NCBI GenBank assembly: GCA_040285855.1
Contig: JAUFOQ010000001.1
Coordinates: 1,178,001 to 1,242,000 of the forward strand
Direction of reading: 5' to 3'
DNA: 64,000 nucleotides
Origin: Eukaryota sp. GEM-RC1
Taxonomy: Eukaryota
The notes below the pieces were generated by a model. The model ran no database searches. It saw only the letters and a program-made list of their open reading frames with translations, and was not told where the DNA came from. The position numbers and the translations under genes were made by a program. Each line of letters starts with the position of its first letter. Within the stretch, counting starts at the first letter, position 1. Of this stretch, positions 36,590 through 48,809 are shown piece by piece.

Positions 36590-39500
36590 AGTTGATAACG
36601 TTGACATTGTGGTTATGTGTTCTCGTTTAAAGGAGTGATTCAAATTACCATCTGTAACAGGGAAGCTAATTAGAGTAGAAGACTGCTCTGGATGCTGGAA
36701 CGAAAGCGATGTCCGGTGACGAAGTTCTGTAATTCTGGTGAACTCTTGGAAGATATATATATCAATGACAGGGTACGATGACTCTTGTTTGCCATTACTA
36801 ATTAATCATTACTAATCCATGATGAAATTCCTGATGGATCTACAAAAAGTAATTTACGCACCCACCACAGATCTATTAGTAAAACGGATGACCGTACAAA
36901 ATCTTTAAAGAAAGAATGAAATACTAGGAACAACATACATGTATTTCTATACTCTACTTAGTACAGATTGCGGTAACAAATGTTTGAAGGAATGGCCTGG
37001 AAATTCTTGCATTTGTTAGCTACAAAAATTGCCTTACGATCATTTAGAAGTAGACCGTCGCATTTGATATAATGTTTGAAACACGGAAATTGTTACAGAA
37101 AATGAATTTAACACCAACTGTGAGAGTAAACAAACAGTAGGATGCTGCTCGGAGAATAGAAGAATGTCTATGTACCAGCAACAAAATTGTCTAAAATAGA
37201 AAACAAATCAAATAGTGTTAACATGGAACACACGACAACAAATATTTACCATTTATAGCGATAGTTTTGGATACACACATGGCAATTTAATCAATGAGTG
37301 GATGAATGCAGCGGTTGATAATTGATGTATTTACAATCGTACGTCACATTGCTGTCTCTAGGAGATGTAGGACGGTCGTCACAGTCGTCTCTTACCTCAA
37401 GAAGTTTTCACAGCTCTGTTAGTAGAAAAAGACAGGAAAAATTACTTGTATTGTAATCAATGATATTCATTTATTGTATTGTATTGCGGTACTCGTACAA
37501 AACAAACGTGGGATGTATTGTATCAATATTATTTGTTGTGCAATTATATATTTCCAGTCACTGGTTTATTTGCTATGATATGGTTTGTGGAACTATGCAT
37601 CACCAATAATTTCTTCAGCCTACGTTAATTTATTGTCTTCTGTAAAGACAGCACACAATTTAACTCATACTTTAAAAAAGTTTAGAAGCTCCTTTACAGC
37701 TAACAATTCTTATAATTTGACAATACTTTCTGAATAAAAAGCACATCTACGATTATTTACACCAAGTGCTTTTCCTTCTTCTTATTCAACGACACACGAC
37801 AAAAGAAGTTGTGTGATCCGAATTGACCCTCTCTTTGATTCACATTGTTTGGAGAAGCTGGAGAAATTTAGGCCATAGACTTCTTCAGGTAAATTAAACA
37901 GAAAACATTGACAGCCTTCTGTGTTTCTGTAAACTTGAAACATGAGACAATTCCACCAATAAACTACCATGTGCTACCTCTTCAACTGCTTTCTAAGCAG
38001 TGTTTCACAGTGTGAAGAAGTTTCTCTTTAGAAAGATGGAGTACGGATAAGGGTTTAGTTATTCGAATATTATTTTGGTGGTGATACATTATGATGGTAA
38101 AAATTTACACGTTAGAGTTCTGTGTAATCAGTTGTGGATTTAGACATTCTCTATAATAAAGTGAGTTAACTACCAAGATTACTTCTCGTCGACACAATTC
38201 GTTTGTTTTTCATACTTTTGCTATTTCACGGAAAAATACGTTTGGAAATTTGGGAGCAAAATTTCTCTCCTCTTTCAGTAAATTGTGTAGCAATATGGAA
38301 AGAAATTTAATAATTACAGTAGTGATTGGAGAGGAATGTTGGCATTTTGACTCTTTGAACAGTGTTTCAGGTTATTGGATTCGATTTTGATTCATCTCTT
38401 CCAATTCAATGTGAGATGCTTTAGAGGTGACGATATCTCATTTAATGAACTTAATAGTATTTTTTCTTTGTTAGTATATCGGTACTGTTTTTTGTTGTTG
38501 ATAAACATCACAGTTCTTTTGTTTTTACACTCTGTTTTACAAGGTAGCTGCTGCGAATTCAATTAGATTATGTTACCTGCATAACAGTAACCAAAAAGAA
38601 CAAGTTTCGGAGTCAAAACCAGGGATGCCAAATATTGGATTGGCAATATATTGGTATTGGAACATGACTTGCCAATCAGTACTGTACTGGATCCAATATA
38701 TTGGTCAATATTGCAACATCAGTTGATGCAACTCATCAAGTAAAAACTAACTAAAAGCATCATACATTTAATCTTTCTCATCTTCTACACTCCGATGTGA
38801 TACACATGCAGTTCTGATTGTGCTAACGTTCCAAAGACCATGAGAAGGATGTTGAAGTGGAGCTAAAGCTAACGTTCAAGTCTTTCAAAAAAAAGGCAGA
38901 AACGATTGTGTCCCATACAAAGTTTCACACGAGAAAACAATCTTTCAACTACGATTAAATATTAAATCCACATAAGTCTTGTTTGCAATTATTCTGCTTA
39001 TTAACATGCCCAATTACTAGTAGATTAGACCAACCAGAACCTGTTTTACATTTACAAATCTGTCCACAAACACATTTCCAAGTCTCTGTTTTGTCAACTG
39101 TCGATTGTAGTGCGTCAAACACCTCACATATGACCTTGTTAATTGGCATGGTGAAAAAATATTTTCAGTATTTTGACTCTTCATTAGCATTGTATTGTAT
39201 TGGCAATATTGGCAATATATTGGTATTGGAAAACCGTCGACCAATGACTCATAGCACACGTCACTATCTGTTGATTTTAGTTAGTCAGTAGTTAATGTAA
39301 GGGGAGAACTGCATGTCGAGACATTGAGTTCAGTTCAGACAATCATAGAGAAGTGTCTCATGATTGATTTTGTTGAAGGGTTATCATGATAGGTTTTGCT
39401 CAATCATTTTTGATTTTGACACTTCTATGATACACAAAGGAATCATTTTTGGGGTGACTGTTGTGATATACCAATACATAATATTGTGTTTAGATTAAAA

Positions 39501-40248
39501 CATTATTAACACATATAGCGTATTCCGTGAATCACAATCCCAGATGAGTTTTGTGGGTGAATTGTAAACGGAAACGCTGAGATCAAAAAAGACAATTACA
39601 AGTGTCTTGTCCTTAGTAAAGGTGTAGTGAGTTTAGGGATGTATTGAAACACTGGTATGTGCCTATGCATTAGGCGTTAATTTCCAGAAACAAGTTTAAA
39701 GCCAAAAGAATGTTTCAGATCCAACTCAGAAACAACAAAACATAAATTCTGCTCTTTGGGACCTTTAAATGACTGAAATGAAGAGTTAATTTGTTGATCA
39801 GTAGAATAATTGCTCATTTTTGAGTCAATTCTTGCTTCTTACAATGATTTAACTAACCTTAGTAATTTTGTACTGAATGTTAGGAAAAAGTTGCGGAAGA
39901 GAGAAGAAATCCAACACGAACAAAAAAAAACTTTTTAGGTAATGTTGGTATATTTGTTGCTGCAAATGAATATATCCCACAAGTGGACAAGTTGATCTCT
40001 CCTGATTGGTTCAAATATTTCTTACAAACAATTAGAATGACTTCAAGGTGATATTTCTGTAGGAAAATTATTTGACATTGTCTACTTTTGGTAAAACAAT
40101 GTCATTTGGTTATAATTTGGGATGCTTGGAAGTGTTTATCCGATTTATGTTATACACTAAACCGATGGAAGACATCATAATCATCTTAAGTGATATCACT
40201 GATACCTTAAAGGGGTTATGTAAAACGTGTTTATAAATAGATGCTATA

Positions 40249-41962
40249 CAGTCTACCCTCGATATAGTGCCGCCCTATTGGCAGACCTTATATCGAGGGT
40301 GGCACTATATCGAGGGAATGGTCCGTGTTCCTGGAACAGATTACGACGACAGTTTATTTTCCATAAAGACTATAGCTAACTAAGATGTGCATCATTCACA
40401 CAAGAGACGGGTCTGGTCCACGCAATAGTGAACAGAACAATCATACAAATTGAAGAAGACTGTCAGAAGGTGAATTCAGAAAGGAAACTTAGTTTTTTAA
40501 GAGAGCTTTTCTACTGAGAAACAGTTGGGAAATCGTCAATACAAGGGAGCAGTGGATCATGATCAAAGAAAGGTCCATCTGCACATGATTGGCTAGTTCA
40601 TCAGCAGAAGGATGTGAATGTAGGAATGTTCCCTATTTGTAAAGGCAAAAGTCTAAATGAAGCTAAAAAGCCGATCAAAAGCAGTATCGGATGAGAAACC
40701 AATCTATCATGAACCTCTCAACCAACATCCTCAAACAAACAACAGTGATACGTCTTTCTGGTGACTCTATTTGCACCTCTTTTCAATAGGTCTCATACTA
40801 AACCGCTCGTAATAGAGAAGTCTCTCTCAACGCCCCCATTTCTTTTTTAATATGTGTTACTTTTGGAGCTATGGTTTTCTGTACATCTGCCATTCGTCAG
40901 ACATGTAGTTCCGTCCGTCTTTTCAATCCAGAAGATTATGAAGATTACGGACTGATATGAAGGAAGACGGGGTCTTTCTGCAGTACTGTCGGCCTCAATG
41001 GTATCAGAGTAACCCATGTAGTGTGTTGACTTGCTTGAAGATGATGCATATGTTTGACTTGACGAATAAACGGATGTTTTTCGTACTCATATGTAACATA
41101 ACACTTCCATGGGATGATCAGTCACGTCCGTGGAGACTCAAGATCCAGAATTCTTGGCATCGGGATGTAACACGTCCCTAGTGTTGTGTAGTACATCAGC
41201 AAGACAACGCATGAGATATATAACATATTCAGAACCTCGATGATGCTGTTTCGGTGTAATCAACAATTGAAATGTGGAACTACAGAAGAGTCGTCTATGA
41301 TGTTAAGAAAGAGCTATCTTAAGGGAATAAAAGGGAAGATGATGTGGAACAACGTGTTTATGGTGTAAACGACAAGAACATGAGAATGGAAAAGTCGTGT
41401 CAGGGAAATTTGTTGTGAAAAGCAGTGTTCGAAAATTTTCCACCCGGACGCCACCCGGGTGGTGGGTGGAACCGGGTGGCGTCCGGGTGAGTTTTCATTT
41501 CCACCCGGGTGGTCACCGGGTGGCATTAAAGAACGAGACATAAGTTTTGGTGCAAAAACTACTTTATACACCATATACGATGAAACTTAAAGTACTTTAG
41601 CAGTGTGTGATATAAAATAACTAACAATGAAGAACTTTATACATGTTTGGGATAAAAAACACTCTGAAAAATATATAAATAAGATGATATTAGCCTATCC
41701 GACCCTGGAAGTAACTCCCGTTAAAATAATTGTATTTAGGACAGGTTGAACATGGAAGTATGTATTCAGGAAGTCATGGATTGAAGATCATGGTAAGACC
41801 AAAATTATCCACCCAGTACCACCCAGTACCACCCAGACGCCACCCGGGTGGTGGGTGGAACCGGGTGCCACCAGAGTGGTTTTCATTTCCACCCGGGTGG
41901 TTTTCAAACACTGGTGAAAAGTGACCTTATATCGAGGGTGGCACTATATCGAGGGTAGACTG
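40249..41962. mobile_element. Tc1/mariner/pogo-type TIR element, duplicate copy
   Basis: Same TIRs, TA flanks and flanking DNA as 24635-26319. Confidence 0.88.
41423..41913. mobile_element. Nested hAT-type MITE, duplicate copy (28 bp longer)
   Basis: TSD gtgaaaag. Retains a ggtgggtggaaccgggtgccaccagagtgg segment that copy A lacks. Confidence 0.9.
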
Positions 41963-43010
41963 TAACAAAAGTACGACCAATGTCCTTACACTTTGGCGTT
42001 TTTGCTGGATATGATGATTCATTCCATTTGTGTCGATATTACAATATATGTACTAGAGAAAACACACCTTTCAGTAAAACATACATGATGTATATTTATC
42101 TCAAATGGAATTTTTATGGATATACATGTTATTGTAATAGGATCAATGGAAAAGAAAATCTGGTATAGAGATGAATTTGAGTGACCTTGCATCATTAGAA
42201 AGAGCTGTATGAGACGAAAGAAAAGCTCATTTTTACAGTTTGAAGTAGCTATAATTTATAGGTAAAGGTACACTGGCATCAGGAATTTGTCTCATTGAAA
42301 CTAATTGTGTTGTAAGACTGATTATGTCCTCGAATATTTGTGTTGGTGAAGTCCAATTGTTTCTGTTGCTACAACCATGTATTCATAAAACTCATTTAAA
42401 ACAGAAATCGTCTATCTGTATCAATAACCACCTCTTCTAAACCAGTTCATGTTCATCAAATAAGGTTTGAATGTGTTCCGGATCTTTCAAATTCATTGAA
42501 ATCATTCCAAAAAACAGATATTTCACCCCTTCTACCCCAAACGTGATACGTTTCCTTCTCTATTATGAAAGATTATTTACGACTAATACTTGTATTGGTT
42601 ACATTTGGTACAAAATATTATTACAGTACAAGTTTATGTACTGTATAATATGAATGAGGTTTGCATTACCACAATAATGGGTTATGTTATTAACAAGTTG
42701 GCACACAATACTTGGACAAAGTGAGTGTAATAAAATCATTCGCATTGAGTGTGCAGTCGGTAACTTAATTTAATCAAATTTGATATTGGTTTCTGCTATT
42801 TGTTACTACATTGTTTTTGTATATCGCTACTATTTCAGTCCGAACTTTTCTACTGTTCGCATATATCTCCCTCTGTAATGAAACAATTTGTGACAAAAAG
42901 TTTCGCACATAACAATATTTCAAATAGTTGACCTGTACAATTGCTTAATTTAATACGGATGTTGTAGAAACTTGAATGAGTTCTCCAATTAGGATATATA
43001 AAGTGCACTC

Positions 43011-43143
43011 TAGAGCTGTCAACGGCTTGAGCCGAATGGTTCGGCTTTGGCTTGAGCCATTTGAGTAAGCCGAACCAAATTTCGATATGGTTTGGCTCAA
43101 GTCGTTCGGTTTACGGCTTGAGCCGAACCGTTTGACAGCTCTA
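43011..43143. mobile_element. 133-bp hAT-type MITE, duplicate copy
   Basis: TIR tagagctgtcaa and TSD gtgcactc. Confidence 0.92.
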
Positions 43144-43509
43144 GTGCACTCAAACTAAACATTTATTCTTTCAAATATAAAATCAACTTATTCATTGAAG
43201 AAAATCCATATGTGACAAATTGAAATCAGAAAGCTACTACAGCAACACGTATATCTAAGAAAACAGGTGCTTTCATAATAAGACAAGTTTAGTTATAAGA
43301 AGATAGAGAATTGATATTCTCTATTGCAAATCACGCTACTAATTGATTTAAAGATCTAATTTGTTTACATTCAATAATGTTCGCTGATTAATTATCATCA
43401 CACAGTCAAAAATAATAATGATACATTTTCTCACCAATTGAAACTACAGTACTCAACAATGAGCTCTATAAAGTGAAATCCTTACACAAAACAATAAAGA
43501 TTATGGTTC

Positions 43510-46500
43510 TTAATAATCAAATATGTCAATATTACCAGTAATTTCTGACAGAAAACAAAACACACCATTTTCAATATCAATTATGTCAGGTAACCCATCA
43601 AGATCAGTCACTGATTTGTAAACAAACCGAAATTTAAATAATGGAATAAGATCATCAAATCTTGGGTCTCTCAATCCACGACATTCAACACGTTTAATAG
43701 AACAATTTGCTTTCAAACCATTTAAAAGTGAAGATAAATCATCACGTGCCATCTGATTTGCATAACGAACAGTACCCTGGGAGAAATCAATAAAATGGGA
43801 AGATATCTGAATGATTGAATTAGAATTGGTAGCTGAAAGTTTCTCAAAGATGGCCAACATATCATTCAACCGAGTCGAATTATTACTGAAAATGACATTT
43901 TTTAAATGAGAGCTGAACTGAATTGCACCGATGATTTTTTGAATGACGTCATCATATTTTACAAGACAACGATAGAAGGGATAAATAACCAGTGAAGAGG
44001 ACGTTTCGTCGTGACTAAAGTCAACAGAAGTCAGTGAATTATTGTTTCTGAGTAGATGACATACGCTGGTGATTGTTGTTTCAGTAAAAAAACAGTTCTT
44101 AAGAGTAAGCTCTTTGATACTGAATCTATCTACAAACGACTGTAGAGATGAAACTTCAGGAGCTATTTGAGTGGAGATTTCGGGAGAAAAACAAAACACT
44201 CCTTTTTCCACGTCAATAAAGTGAGGAGAAATATCAAGATCTATGAATGACTCGTTGATGGAAAGAATTTCATATAAAACCATAAGTACTTCTAAACATG
44301 GAGTTAAGATTCCCCTACATTGAACACGTTTAATAGGGACATTTGATTGCATAGACTTCAAAAGTAGAACTAAATCGCTACTGTGAACCTCTCCCTGATA
44401 AAAAATATATCCACGAGATAAATCAACATAGTGAGACGATATTTGAAAAATTTGAGAAAAATTGGTAGTATGATTTTCAAAAATTTCAGAAGACCATAAA
44501 ATCGAATTGAATCATTACAGAGATTGACATTTTTTAAGCTAAAATTGCACCGAATTGCTCTTATTAGTTTCCAGAAATTATCATGAGGCAGTTGCTGATA
44601 GGAGAAATATTTTATCTGACGGAAGTCAACAGAAGTCAAAGAGCTATTAGTCTTGATTAAACGGCTCAATGCATCAATTGTCTCACACGCAAAACAGCAT
44701 TTTTTAAGAGTAAGCTCTTTGATACTGAATCTATCTACAAATGACTGTAGAGATGAAACTGCTTCAGAAGTAATTTTAGTAAAACTTTCAGGAGAATAAC
44801 AAAACACTCCTTTTCAACGTCAATAAAGTGAGGAGAAATATCAAGATCTATCAAAGATTTGTTGAAGGATAAAATTTCAAATAAAGCCATAAGACCTTCT
44901 AAACTTGGACTTTTAAATCCACTACATTCAACACGTTTAATAGGTACATTTGATTTCAAACCACTCAAAAGTAAAACTAAATCCGTATTTTCAACCTCTT
45001 CTCCGTAGAAAAGAGTATCAGCAGAATAATAAATAAAAAGAGAAGAAATTTGAATACTTGGAGCAAATTTGGCACATGTTAGGTTTTCAAAGACGTTCAA
45101 GAAACCACAAAATGTAAGTGAATTATTTCTGAGCTTGACATTTTTTAAATGCGAATTGACCTGAATTGCATTGATAAATTTTTGAGTCGCATTACTTGAT
45201 TGTAAAGAAGTATGACTACAAGGTAAACCATCAAAGTTAGATCCAAAACGGGGTGACATTGTCTCATAACTCAAGTCAATAGAAGTCAATGAAGTACTGT
45301 GTTTGAGCAGACTACACAAAACAGGAAGTATGTCTTCAGTAAAAGCACATTTCTCAAGAGTTAGCTCTCTGATACTGAATCTATCTACAAATGTATGTAG
45401 ATCAGAGGCTTCTTCGAGCGTTATTTGATTAAAATGTTCAGGAGAAAAGCCTAATACTCTCTTTCAACGTCAATAAAGTGAGGAAAAACATCAACACCTA
45501 ACAAAGATTTGTTAAACTTAATAATTTGAAATAATGCAATAAGTCCTTTTAAAGTTGGACCTATAAATCCAAGACATTCAACACGTTTGATTGGAATGTT
45601 TGATTGAAGAGCTTTTAAAAGTGAAATTAAATCTTGACTTGTCATCTCGTTTTCAAAACTAATGAGCCCCAGAGATTTGCTGATAAAGTGAGGAGAAATT
45701 TGAAAATTGGGAGTCAAGTTGTCAGTTGAAACTAGATCAAACAACATAATCAAAGAACACAAATCACATCTAGGAATACTGATTAATTTTAAAACCAAAT
45801 TATTTTCTAGACCTTCGAGTATAGATTTAAACTGTTGTGATTTGAAACTGATTCCAATGAGATTTAAAAAAAGCAGACAAGTGTTAATTTGTAACATTTT
45901 CGCCAGTGTTTCCAAAAAAATTCGTCATTAGGAGATTCACTAGAATTCGAGATTATCAACTCCACTACAGATGTATTTGTTTGAAGAGAATTAAAAACTG
46001 TTGATAAGGAATCATTACAGTTTCGTAAATCCAATTTTCTTAAAGTAGTAGTAGTTTGTAAAAAGTCGCCAATGTATCCGCCATCGCTATTGCTGTAACT
46101 AAAAGTTACCTCTTTAAGCAATGAATTGTTCTTGAGACCATTAGAAATAGAACAGTCGATATGACACTGACTAGGAAACAATAGACTTTTAAGACTTGAA
46201 CTCGTTAAAAGTGTTACTAGAACAGCCGGGTCATCAATCCTAAAACCAGTCAAATCAAGTATTTCAATCACTGAATTATTTGAAATCGAAGTAAACAAAA
46301 TCAGAGATTCTACTTTTCCAAGTAAATAAGAGGAAGTCAAAGTCAATTTTTTAACGGTGTTGTTTGAAGAAAACACTTCAGCAAGAGAAGAAACTTCAGA
46401 TGGAGTCAGAGATGTAAACTCAAGACTTAATTCAACGACTGTATTGTTAGTCATGAGCGACGTACAAAATGAATGAAAAATATCTTGAGAATAATCGAAG

Positions 46501-47279
46501 ACCAGATCAAGACGTCTGAGAAATGGTAAAACTGAAGGAGACGAAGGATCAAGTAAAAGGTGCAGCGTATAATCGTTATTTTGGGAATAACCTCGATATC
46601 GTACAGGAGAGAGATGACGCCGGTTAGGAAAAATCTTGACATGGGAAATTCTGGAAGAATGATCAACTACATCTTGAAGTCTAAATGACTCGTCTATGTG
46701 AAGAAATAGAGATCTAACTTCTACTTTAAGGAAAGAAGAAAATAAACCTACAAGTACGAGATCTTTGCTCCTGATGGATACCGTTTTTGTCTCAAAAAAC
46801 ACCTTAATTGCTAGAAAAGCAGATTCCCAGAATGTTTGACTAGTATAACCAACCTTTTTGAAGAAGGAGATCAGTACTTCTAACAAAAACTTAACATGAA
46901 GTTGCTTGTTAGATTCCACAAGGATAGGCTTATACAGATGTCTAAGTAAGTGGGAATTGACCAAGACTAAGAGGGACTGTTGTAGGTGAATCGATTTAGG
47001 AGACGAGATGATGGGAGTGACGGAATTTGGAAGAGAAGAGGCAGTGGGACGAGAGAGACAACTAGGGAGGGAGGAGCAAGCTACACTAGAACTTGAACAA
47101 GAACAACACTGATAAGGCCTTGATCTCCATTCATTGAGACATTCGCCTGGACAAACAAAACGATCACAGCAGATGGCAACACAATTAGTTCCAACAGACT
47201 CACAAACGAAACAAGGACGACTTTCCATTGAGAGAGGATAATTCATTTTCCAAGAAATATCCGTAAAGAAACTATTCAT
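43510..47279 (-). CDS. Large RING-like finger plus RNI/NLRC3-like LRR protein (~1200 aa if joined), interrupted by about four single-base frameshifts
   Basis: N-terminal CFVC...CCDRFVCPGECLNEW...CCSC, LRR units (LMTNNTVVELSL, LRKLDLRNC), and long internal repeats (SNVPIKRVEC...ISPHFIDVEKG.FCFSPE) across five consecutive ORFs. Confidence 0.75.
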
Positions 47280-48809
47280 GAAGCTACACGCTTACTAACG
47301 GTCTGAGACTACCATCAGGGATGATTGGTGCTCCAAAAACTCAACTCTACGAAACTTTTTCTTCAGTTATCTGAATAGAATATTCTTGATGAAAACAATG
47401 TGAACTCGTCGAAGTACCAAAATTATTTTGTATTACAGTATTGTTAACAACAATTTGATGTACTTCAATACATTACAGTACATTATAAATATTGTTGAGT
47501 AGATTGTATATTTTTAGAAAGTTGAGATGATAACTCCCATGATAATCATTAAAGTTCTTCGTATTTGACTTGTTTCCTTGAGTATCTGATCTTGTAAACT
47601 GCATCGTTGTCACAAACCTTTGGGTTTACAGAAAGCAACAGCTCTTTGACAAGTTTTTCCTTAAACTTCTAGACATTTCTGTGGTATTCTATATCTTTTA
47701 GAAGAGATATACTTCCATAGCTCCGGCTGTCATCAACCACCCTCAGGATAACAGCAACAGTATCAGTAAAAACTTCGTATGTTTATTTTGTTATGTTCCC
47801 GTTATCAACTAGGATTGTTGATTTCTCGGAACAGTAATTTAAGTTGTAAAAGGTGATTGCGGATTTTAATAAAAAATATTTTAATTATGTGATTTTTTTG
47901 TTTTTATTTGATGTAATATTGACAAATAGCACTGCTACAAATAAAAAGGTCACTTAGCTGTTGGGCAACGTAACACCAGTTACAACCATAGTACAGCTTT
48001 TGTACCAATTAGAGGATTCATAATCCGATTTAGAATTAAATCGTAACAGCTAAACAAGGTAGATAGTTTCGTTTAAATCGTGAAATTAACAAATACTTCA
48101 AGTCCAGTGCAATCAACCTCGATGCTACAACATAATATTTATCGACAGTAGATTAAACTTCAGAATTCATTTCCTCAACTTCAATGTTGGTGAAACTCTA
48201 ACAAATGTCACTGTCGAGAACACATAAAACGTGTGTTAGATAATTTTTCAATAATTTGTCCTATAATTCAGCATTCATCGCTAAACTAATGAGAGCCCTA
48301 TGAATAAGTAAAATATCTTTGTGTGCTAATTGTTATACAAGTTATGAGTACGATAAGGGCGTAAAGGTAAATTGAAGTGAAAATATACGTTCGACCAATT
48401 CATGATGTATAATGATAGCATGACGGAGGAGGTATTATTCGTTGGTGTTGTCTCTTTATAAAAAAAAGTTCATGGCGAGGAAAGTTATTATTTCCCCCTA
48501 TAGAAACAACGTTTGGGTATTTGGTTCTATTCTAAACAGTTTTGTTGGACTCAGTAATGACTATGTGATTTTGGACTGTTCTTTGTTAATCAATTGAAAG
48601 TGTATTTTATTTAATTCGATGTGTGAAGATATGACAAATATATTTACAAATGGAAAAGTGTACTACTGTAGTAGAGACAAACTGATTTCTTTTACACAAC
48701 TTCTCAAACTATTGTAATTCATGGTATGAACTTTAGCACTATTAAATCTATTTTTCAGTGTTGTAAAAATAATCAAAAGACTCAATTAATGAAATCTTAT
48801 TTCAATCAA

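Larger units (their letters stand above)
36591..44409 (+). repeat. Segmental duplication copy B
   Basis: Near-identical to 20971-28765. Confidence 0.97.

Noticed and set aside
47280..47345. Possible snRNA (Sm-site-like tttttggag on the minus strand)
   Set aside because: No further match to U1/U2/U4/U5 conserved sequences could be seen.
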